NCBI GenBank assembly: GCA_043228905.1
Contig: JBHGNT010001127.1
Span: 1-11,804 of the forward strand
Origin: Azolla caroliniana
Taxonomy: Eukaryota > Plantae > Polypodiophyta
DNA: 11,804 nt
Reading direction: 5' to 3'
Position 1 is the stretch's first letter; each line of letters starts with the position of its first letter. Positions 1 to 8,232 of the stretch are shown piece by piece. Made by a program: the position numbers and the translations under genes. Below the pieces are notes generated by a model. It saw nothing but the letters and a program-made list of their open reading frames with translations. It was not told the origin of the DNA and searched no databases.

Positions 1-1150
1 AGAAGCCTTGAAAGCACAACATATGTACCATTGGTAAGGAATGATGTGTCTTTAACACTTGCGGACTTTGTAGAGATTTTCTATTGAAGAATAGAACAAC
101 AATCCGCTAGTTGATAATGAAGACAAAACTGTCATGTGAATTATATTAATGACGACTGGAAACATCTAGTAGTACTCTTTGCCTTTCCAAAATAAAGAAA
201 GTAGGTAGCATGAACTTAGTTCAAAAATTGACAGTTCATTAAATGAGTTCCAAAAGAAAACACTGGAGTTGAAATTATCCATCAAATGCCACATAAATTG
301 AAGAAAGACGAAATTATTTGCATTTTCATCCTATCCACAATTTATGTTGATTAATTGAAAGTCACATAGTGCCATGGCTAGTGAGCACTAGTTGTACAAA
401 TTTGAGTTGAGTTATAGGGATGGAATAGTGTCGAAACGAATACGATTTTGTTTGTGGATGCCAAGGGGAATGGATAGATGAACAGTCACATGTTAAAGTT
501 TGAGTAATTGGTGTATAAGAAAATAAAGTCTATCTCATGGTTAGGACGAAAGTTTGAGTTCCCATGTGGTTATGCTTAATATTAGAGAGTTTGTAAATCC
601 ATTATGGGATTAACAAACAAAAGGGAGAATGGGCAATCAATTTTGAAATTTACAACAAAAAAATATCCAAATTAAAAAAGAAAAACATATGGACACTCCT
701 TTCTCAAAATGTTAACTCTATGAATTAGCTTTGCAAAAAAGGAATGCTGATTTGATCATTCCCAATGACTATAACAATATATTGAGTAACATTCCAAGAA
801 ACACGCAGTATTTCACAAAAACTTGTCATGGAAAATGCTGAAGTTTGCTAATAAGTACATCATGATGACTAGCCGTAATGTATTCATATGGTTCATATTC
901 AAGGCATTTCTTGAGGGTTCGTACTATAATCATCAAGAGCTAGTTTAAGAAGATTTGGAGATTGAATTTGCTATAACGCTTCGTCGACCCAAATAGGTGT
1001 TCCACTTTATCTTTTGGACAATTATGACATGCTGATTTGCTAATTTAATGAGACGTTTCATAGAATACACACAATCAACTTGTTTGGAAAAAAAACCAAC
1101 TAGCTAGTGTGTCAATCCTAGAACCTTTTACAACATGCAAAAGGCATACC
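1..1150 (+). mobile_element. Possible highly decayed hAT-superfamily (ZNF862/C17orf113-like) transposase remnant
   Basis: HSKKHAVFHK at 790-819 followed by LVMENA (cf. HSPKRHxEFxKLAxxMExK), ELALQ at about 722-736 (cf. HRxNLAVQ), and weaker collinear traces on both sides. No ORF or termini recognisable; boundaries approximate. Confidence 0.38.
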
Positions 1151-1916
1151 AATGCCTTGACATTTTGGTCGAGGGAATAAAAACACGACCGTCTCTATAT
1201 TAAGGTAGTGGACAAGCACAAAAAGATTTTTACTTGCCTATATATGGGGCAAACATCTCATAAAATTCTAGGGTGCAACTTAAAGAGAATAAAGCGGATG
1301 GAACACAAGGAAAGCAAATTAATAGCAGAGAGGCAATGGATTAAAATGAGATCGGTTCACCTTTATCGCATTTGAAAAGGATGTCATTCCTTAGATGCTC
1401 TTAAAATCCTTTAATACTTCACACTTTTTAGCTAACTTTTAAAGAGAGTGAGAGGCAAAGTACCTTAGAGTCAATCAAAACCATTTATTTACATTGAAAA
1501 TTAAAGCATTTTACATACATTAAACTTTCAAGATCAATTTCTTGCAATTGTAAGTTAGCTGTGGCGTCAGCCTACTTGGGAAGTGCACCTTGTCATAATG
1601 CTCACATTCATCATATTTGAAAATTGGGTGGTTTTCCTAATACTTTCGATATAGCTTTGCAAACATGATCTTTTACTCAAGCAAAAAGCTTCAACATACC
1701 CTTGGTTTTTTCTTTTTTCTTTCCTCGTGATGTTGCTTGGTATTGCCCTATTAGCTCAAATGACATATGTAATTGAGAAAAAGGAAATTGACATTATTTA
1801 AATAGTGCATAAAATTGTTTGACAAGGGCATTTTGCAAAATATTGATAAATTATGACATTTGCTGGAATCCAAAGGTGTTTCTAGAGTTTTTCCTGCTAC
1901 TTCTCTTGCCACCCTT

Positions 1917-1994
1917 AGAACCTTGCTATAGAATAATTGTCATTAAGTTTCAAGGTTAGGAATAAGTGAATGAGAGAACCTTGCTATAGAATAA
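1917..1994 (+). repeat. Perfect 20-bp direct repeat AGAACCTTGCTATAGAATAA
   Basis: Copies at 1917-1936 and 1975-1994, separated by 38 bp. Confidence 0.9.
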
Positions 1995-3121
1995 CTATGG
2001 TGGTGCAAGCTATAATATTTTAATCTCTATATATCGTCAAAAATATGAGAATTTTGATTGAGTAATGCTCTTATTATCCAACATTTCCATGAAATTCCAA
2101 GTTTTGCATTGCATCAAAGGAAGTAACACGACTAAATTCAAATATATTAAAATATTGAAACAATGTGGGGAAATGTTTCAATAAATCTATTTTTTTTAAT
2201 CAAAAGGCAACAAGCCTTTATCACACATTGCTCTCAACATGTACCAATATGTATGTGGCTAGATTATGTTTGTTCTTTGAGGACTACACTTTGGAAAATG
2301 GCGAAAATATAACGTGTCATCTTCTAGGTTGGTTCTGTACAACAAAATTGTGGAATTGAATGAGGTGTTGGTCCTTGGATGAAAGATATAGTCATGCCAA
2401 TAATGAAAACTGACATGATAAAAAGCAAGAGGAACATCTTTCTACTGCACCAAAGGCATTGCATTATACATGGTGTAACAATGTTCATCCTTGAAAGTGT
2501 TTGTGTGACAAGTTCATCGTTGAGGTTGTGATGGATTGGGTTCATCAAAGCCTTTTTTCTTTACATACCATGCCAAGTTCAAACATTAACAGACCGCACA
2601 CCAAAGCCCGTGAAATTTGAGTGAATATAATGTCTTTAGACCATGCCAAATGGAAATGCCACCACCATATGACATTCTTTTTTCTTAGTGAAACAAAAAG
2701 AATTTCCAATTTCTTTTGTTTGTGAAGATTCAAGAATAGGAATCTTTGTTGGAATTCCATAAAATGCTATTCACTTATGATATATTTGTTTTATCTCTCG
2801 CTTTTTCTTTTTAAAGGGATTTTTCTTTTTCCTTAATAATATATTTATATTTTTGAAGATAATAATGTATTTTCCGAAAACATGCATCTATCAAGGAGTA
2901 GGAAAATGTGTATCTTGTAACTTGATCATGTAACTATAACCATGTTCCACTTGATGTGTTTAGTTTCTCAAATATTGGGACTTAATTTATAAGATAGATC
3001 TAGTTTGAGAGTAGAAATGTTATTGCACATTATTGTAATGTATTTTTATCACCTTCGCCACATCAAGCTATGGTGGAGATCTTATGCCCTTGTTGCCCTT
3101 CATGTGATAGATTCCCTGATT

Positions 3122-3304
3122 TTACAACAATGAAATTTGCCACAAAAGAAATCCTTTTAACCTCGTAACGTATTTCTTCAACCCAACTTGCAAAACAAAA
3201 TTGAAGGCATTTCTTATACTCCAATAGAACCATAGCCCCCAATACTTTAAGTACTCAACAATAACTTTGAAGTTGGGCCCCACTCTACTCTCCACATATT
3301 GCAT
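3122..3304 (-). mobile_element. Short LINE ORF2 C-terminal (3' end) fragment
   Basis: The translation VEYLKYWGLWFYWSIRNAFNF matches the LWxIWxxRNxxxF motif. Bases 3203-3265 are visibly similar to 3568-3621 of the neighbouring LINE remnant. Confidence 0.55.
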
Positions 3305-3381
3305 TCCAAACCAATCGTGCTATTAACCAAAAACAAATTGATGCTTACTATTCTCCACATCCATTTAGCAAAAGAAACACA

Positions 3382-3383
<2 letters not shown>

Positions 3384-3435
<52 letters not shown>
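3384..3435. repeat. (TC)n microsatellite
   Basis: Pure (TC)22 at 3392-3435 plus a short interrupted 5' extension. Confidence 0.97.
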
Positions 3436-3439
<4 letters not shown>

Positions 3440-3452
3440 GATAATGAAGATG

Positions 3453-4600
3453 TTATGACATAAATGAGGATAAGGTGCCCAAGAGAGAGCTTAGTTGCGA
3501 AAACTTCCTAATCAAAGTTCCTTTTAGCTTAGGGCCTATTGTGATAGTCCATGGAGAACATCGAACAAGAACCCATTTCTCATACTCCACAAACCCCGTA
3601 CCTAAGGTACTCAAACATAACCATATATGATGAGTACAATGAAGCTCTATCTCTATGAGCGAAAACCCTTTCAAAGGCTAACACAATCAATGAAAATGGT
3701 ATGCTTATTAGTTTTAAACAAAATCTATTTAGGGAAAACATTGTGTTCGGTAGGTAATGATTTTCCTAGTTAACAAAATTAACAAGCCCATGATTTACGA
3801 ATGGGCATAAAAGGAATCTATGTCTAGCAACTCTTCAATCATTATATATATATAAAAAACATCCACTACCAAAGACCACATGTTCACCATTGGCCACCAA
3901 CGAAACAATTTTGCATGAAATGGAAGATGAGATTGTCATCCTAAATCATACGCTTGAGGTCACCACTTTATGAAACAAGTAATGTGCCATGTGCTAGATT
4001 CCTTCATCACTCAAAGAGCTCTATATTTAATATAAACTTATAATAGATATCATTGGCGTGCATAATGAAGATCAATTGTTTTGTAATGAATGACCAAAAT
4101 TTTCGTTAATTCTAGAATTGGGCCAAAAGACTAGGCAATCCAAATATGGTCATACCCACGAGGTATATTAAACCTAGGTTCCATAGTTCTAAAGGCCATG
4201 GTCTACTTGCATGACTCTAAAATAGCATTTTGCATTGCCTTGAGTTTAAATTATAAACACTCAAAGTAGAGCAGAAAACAATATATTCTTTAAAAAAAAT
4301 TGAAAGAATAGTTTTTGTAACCTCAGCTATACATTGGCTTCAAATGGTGCATTTTGGTACTTAGTGATATTGTGCCTATTGTTTAGGTTCACTTTGGTAT
4401 ATATACACACCCCTTTTGCAAGTAGTCGACGATGTTAGGCCTTGTGTTTCTTGATAAATAGATTAATATACTTTTGAAAACAATGATGTCATATTTACAC
4501 ATTGTATTTGTGTTGCTCAAATACTCAGCTGGTGAATCCTTAGACAAGTTTTTTGTCCAACAATTATTTTGATGGTACGATAAATCCATTTGAGGATTTG
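3453..4600 (-). mobile_element. Degenerate LINE ORF2 remnant (RT plus C-terminal region), heavily deleted
   Basis: LSKDSPAEYLSN...FKSILIYLSRNTRPNIVDYL in ORF 4389-4589 (cf. LIPK...NWRPI...YKI+AK.LA.RL); QLIFIMHANDI at about 4080-4047 (cf. FADD); SHLPFHAKL at about 3935-3905; FEYLRYG/LWSMRNGFLFD at about 3617-3560 (cf. LWxIWxxRNxxxF). Confidence 0.55.
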
Positions 4601-6139
4601 ATGATCCAAGGAATATATTGAGAATTTATCCAAAATCCTATGATCGAATGAATGCTTTTATAAGTCACAACAATCAATTGACAAAACTCCATTTCACCAT
4701 CTTATCTTTATTGGATACAATGCTAACTCAAAAAGGACATGATGACCAAAGCACTTCTAAATTAAAGATAACAACTGATTTTATTTTTTACTTTATTTTT
4801 TCCACTCAAATTTTTTGAGGCCAACTTGAGAGCTACCTCAAACCATATTATAGCGATTCAATTGAGGATCTACCGTAAGCGAACCAATTTGGGAGTTTAT
4901 TTTTTTGCAGAATGTGACTTACTTTATTCAAATGTTCAATTTGCAAATCATTTGGAATGACCAATTCATGTTGTGATTACTTCTTTGGTTCAATCAACTT
5001 ATACTTGATAAATATAAATTATTGGTAGGACACGCCATGCCACATTGGCTGCCTTTTCATCAAAATATGATTGGATACATACACATGATTGTACTTTTCT
5101 TGACTTAACCCATGGCTCGATTCATAAATGGAACTGTCACGTTTTCTACCAAAGTAAATGTAGATGCACATCACAGGGTTTACGTATCTTGGTAGACTCA
5201 TATAGTGAAGCAGGTAGTAGCTGCATGAATTGTTGTATTTCCTGAGGGGACCCAAGGTTGGAGACAGGAGTCAACATGGTGCCCTACTCAACACCACTTT
5301 TCTGATGTCTTAGTTTCAACAGTACGTACAAGGACTCAAACAAAGATTTAGATCCTTCAAATCACATGCCATGATCTTCTGCCCAATAATGACAAAGTTA
5401 TACCCTTTCTGATTCTATAGATTAAAGATAGATGGATTCTCATGGTAACGACCATATTGCAAATTAAGCAAGAAAGATTCATAAATTTTGGAAAAGAAAA
5501 ATCATAGTATGCAAAAATCACATGATAAAAAGTAATGACTACTCAAATTTAGACGTGAAACCCAAAATTAAGAGAATGTTTGCAAACCAAAAGTAAAACA
5601 TTAATGTGTGACATTATGCTGGATACTATTTGAAGATTTCATCGGTTGCATGTTTACATTCTTCTGGATAAGAGAGATTCTTGACCATTCAAACCTCTCA
5701 AGATGGCTTGATAATGCCATTAAAAAGCATGTATATATTGCATGAAGATAAAATCATTTTGGGAAAAAAATATCATAATTTCCGAAGATCCTCGAAGCTT
5801 TCCAGTGATTTCAGCTTTCTCGTGTTTTCCGCTGATTCTTCAATTCCAACACCTTATCGGCAAGAAAGCCTTTTTAAGTTCAAATTTCCATATTCCCCCA
5901 TTCCTCTTCCCCCCTCCCCCTGACCCCCAACTACAAAGAAATGGCTACTATAGACATAAGTAGAGATACTTCCAAAAATCAAGAGTTTTTGAGTCAATTG
6001 CCTGTTGCCATTCTCGTGATGTCAACGTGGTAAGTTCTATTAGTAAACTAAAATTAACAGAAAGTAGTGCTAGCATGACATTTTAACATTTTCTTTACCT
6101 ATATAAAAAGGAAACAACTAAAGAGAAGTAAAGAAAAAA

Positions 6140-7350
6140 TCACATCTTCTTGGCTATGCGGCCGAGCATATCTTTCATCGAATGGAGGACTGAAATCTTC
6201 TCATTCTCATATTCTCTCGTCGCCTGGAGCATTTCCTTACCAATACATACAAGTTCCGAGAGCATGGTGTGGACCGTTTTTGTATGGGCTTTTTTTGTGG
6301 GTGGAGGGGAAGCTTCTGTTGGCTCTGGCATTGGTTGTGGCTTCTCTATTATAAGAGGTTTCTCAGTAACCCGAGGTCTTTTTTGTTGCTTCTTTGTTAT
6401 CCCCTCTGAAGCTCTAATACCATCTGGATTTGGATGTAATATAATAGCTCCACTATCTTCACCCTTTACATTTACCTCATTCATGAGAGGAAATGGAGGA
6501 TGCTTGGATATAGGCACAACCTCCGCATGGAACAAGTGATTATTATTATTATTACTATTATTGATATTGTTACTCATGGCACGAGCCCCCATGTAAAAGT
6601 CAATCAAATCATAGAATCGACACTTTTGTGATTCGTCTTTATTAGAGAGGTGCAAATCATCTTTGTATTCTTTATAGACTCTGAGCCACTTTTTCCGGCA
6701 AGCTTCCGAATCCTTATCAAATCCAAAGCAACTGTTGGTCATCTCACGCTCAACGATTTGCCACAGGTCTACCCTTTGCCTTTGAGGATTAGTGAATGTT
6801 GGGTGCATTCTTCCTCGTATATGAATAAGCTGAGCTACCCACACATCTTTCCATCGGATCTTTTCCTTCGTTTTATTTACATCCCGACCTTCAGGGTCGA
6901 GTGATGCTCGTTTTGACCGTTTCTTGGCCTTTGATTTGTCTACCAGTGTTTCTTCATTAAGTGAGATATCCTCTCCTCGTTCGGGTACCAAATGGGCACT
7001 CTCTAAAAGAGGAGTAGAGTTAGGTAGAACAGAAGTGGAGGCCGAGGTTGGTTGAATGGTATTACTTCCTTCCACTATCAATGTGCTACTGGTCGGAGCT
7101 GAAACTGAAGATAAAATATTCCCAACAGATCCCATAGTTGCTTCGGATGGTGAAACCGAATTGGATGCAACCACAGTTGGAGGAATTGGTTCAGCTTGAG
7201 CTTGAGCTTGCGCTTGCGCTTGAATTTGAACTTGTTCAGTTTGAGAACTGTGTGCATCTATTGATGATGGAGGGAGCGGGGTTCCATTATTTGGTTCGGC
7301 GATGCTTTCCTCTACTTTTATAGATGCTAGAACTACACTAGAAGCGGCAT
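6140..7350 (-). CDS. Main coding exon of a Myb/SANT-like (trihelix, GT-1/Myb_DNA-bind_4-type) DNA-binding protein; full model 411 aa
   Basis: The frame is uninterrupted from 7350 to the TGA at 6140-6142. The track's 344-aa ORF starts at an internal GTG (7174), but the frame stays open upstream (AASSVVLASIKVEESIAEP...QAQAQAQAQAEPIPPT). Domain at about 6856-6590: RWKDVWVAQLIHIRGRMHPTF...DLWQIVEREM...GFDKDSEACRKKWLRVYKEYKD...CRFYDLID, matching the trihelix W...L...W..+...M...G+.+...C+.KW..+.+.Y+...+F+..+D pattern. Also a basic NLS-like KAKKRSKR, a poly-Asn tract and a C-terminal amphipathic helix. Confidence 0.9.
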
Positions 7351-7436
7351 CTAACAGAGGAAGAAAAATGAGAAAAGATTTTGACTATCCTGAATTATCT
7401 GATGAACTCAAGAAGATTAGGGTATGCAGTAAAAAC
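7351..7436 (-). other. Predicted 86-nt GT-AG spliceosomal intron (phase 1)
   Basis: Minus-strand donor TCAG|GTTTTT at 7437/7436. Acceptor with a long pyrimidine tract, TCTTTTCTCATTTTTCTTCCTCTGTTAG|AT, at 7351/7350. An in-frame TAG at 7385-7387 lies inside the intron. Splicing joins G|AT into an Asp codon and keeps the frame. Confidence 0.72.
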
Positions 7437-7461
7437 CTGAAGCCATCACATCACCCGACAT
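7437..7461 (-). CDS. Predicted first coding exon (MSGDVMAS+G) of the trihelix-like gene
   Basis: ATG TCG GGT GAT GTG ATG GCT TCA G|gt. An in-frame TGA lies just upstream (7465-7467), so 7461 is the first possible ATG; a second in-frame ATG is at 7446. The phase matches the downstream acceptor (25+1211=1236 nt, 411 aa plus stop). Confidence 0.62.
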
Positions 7462-7535
7462 TTGTCAAACCTTTAGAAGCACGTAGTTCCTCACAACTCT
7501 TCAATCTGCAGCTGCATAAACACCTCTAAAATCTT

Positions 7536-7582
7536 TCTCTCTCTTTATCTCTCTCTCACTCACTCACACACACACACACACA
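7536..7582. repeat. Compound (CT)n/(CACT)n/(CA)9 microsatellite upstream of the start codon
   Basis: Interrupted CT tracts at about 7536-7557, CACT units, then (CA)9 at 7565-7582. Confidence 0.92.
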
Positions 7583-7674
7583 TTGAAGAATTGCTTTGCA
7601 GAATGTAGGTGTTGAATGCATGAACTTCTGGTCTCTGCCAGACAGTATAAAACTGACCTACATCCCTCTGGTCA

Positions 7675-7696
7675 CTCTCTCTCTCTCTCTCTCTCT
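7675..7696. repeat. (CT)11 microsatellite; a GAGA tract on the gene's sense strand
   Basis: Direct reading of the sequence. Confidence 0.95.
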
Positions 7697-7969
7697 ATGG
7701 AAAACAGGTAAAAATTTGCTGTTGCTTCGTAATTTTGAGGACAGTACAAACATGCTATATACAACTGCAGCAATGAAGGTCGCTCTATGAGAATGCTGAG
7801 AAGATGTGTGCACAAGAGAAGATTCTCCATGTCATGTTGCTGTGATTGAATCCAAGAGAAGCCCAGACCAACCCCAAGTTGTGAGGAAATCTTGCCTTCT
7901 TTCCTCTGCTGCTGTTACAGGCATGACCATATAATATCCCATGGTGAGAATTTACCGTAGTGTTCTATA

Positions 7970-7993
7970 CACGTGGATAAGTGTGGGGGTTAA
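7970..7993 (+). promoter_or_regulatory. G-box + I-box + GT-1-core motif cluster in the left arm of the fold-back element
   Basis: CACGTG at 7970-7975, GATAAG at 7976-7981, GGTTAA at 7988-7993 (context GTGTGGGGGTTAA, resembling rbcS box II GTGTGGTTAA). The motifs are present; function is not shown. Confidence 0.35.
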
Positions 7994-8146
7994 AAGAGAG
8001 TGTAAAGAAGGGGAAGATTACTTTTAATCCTCGGGATTGAGACAACCCATTAGGCCAAGTGTGACCCAAGGCTCCCAGGCAAGTTCACACTTGGGTTGTC
8101 TCAATCCTGAGGATTAAAAGTAATCCTCCCCTTCTTTCACTCTCTT

Positions 8147-8170
8147 TTAACCCTCACACTTATCCACGTG
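8147..8170 (-). promoter_or_regulatory. Mirror copy of the G-box + I-box + GT-1-core cluster in the right arm
   Basis: TTAACC at 8147-8152, CTTATC at 8159-8164, CACGTG at 8165-8170. Confidence 0.35.
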
Positions 8171-8232
8171 TATAGAATACTACAATAAATTCTCACCACA
8201 GGATATTATATGGTCATGCCCGTAACAGCTGC

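Larger units (their letters stand above)
7913..8227. mobile_element. 315-bp non-autonomous fold-back (MITE-like) element with TGT...ACA termini and a 5-bp TSD
   Basis: Left arm 7913-8049 and right arm 8092-8227 are reverse complements with 9 substitutions and 1 indel by manual alignment. Further inner pairing of CCAAGTGTGA (8055-8064) with TCACACTTGG (8085-8094) leaves a ~20-nt loop. GCTGC flanks both ends (7908-7912 and 8228-8232). No coding capacity. Confidence 0.92.

Noticed and set aside
1917-1994. Repeat-spacer-repeat as a minimal CRISPR array
   Set aside because: Only two 20-bp copies, a eukaryotic context and no cas genes.
2324-2760. Minus-strand ORFs with WWWH...FELGMVCKEKRL as a hAT dimerisation-domain remnant
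   Set aside because: Only a faint resemblance, with no ERxFS core; it cannot be supported without a profile search.
5019-5340. Possible LTR end plus primer-binding site (...TCAACA TGGTGCCC at about 5271-5284) and overlapping short ORFs
   Set aside because: No second LTR, no TSD, no convincing tRNA 3'-end complement and no gag sequence downstream.
5681-5963. Two short plus-strand ORFs ending in Pro-rich tails
   Set aside because: The Pro runs come from a C-rich tract at about 5895-5928. There are no domain features, and the region is probably the 3' flank of the gene.
6150-6539. 129-aa plus-strand ORF, and also the ORFs at 6650-6904 and 7138-7323
   Set aside because: Antisense shadows of the trihelix CDS with no recognisable motifs. 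The ELELALALE run only mirrors the Gln-Ala codon repeat.
7913-8227. Fold-back element as a conserved MIRNA gene or an ordinary solo LTR
   Set aside because: The TSD and defined termini indicate an insertion. I recognise no known miRNA in it, and ordinary solo LTRs are not palindromic along their whole length.
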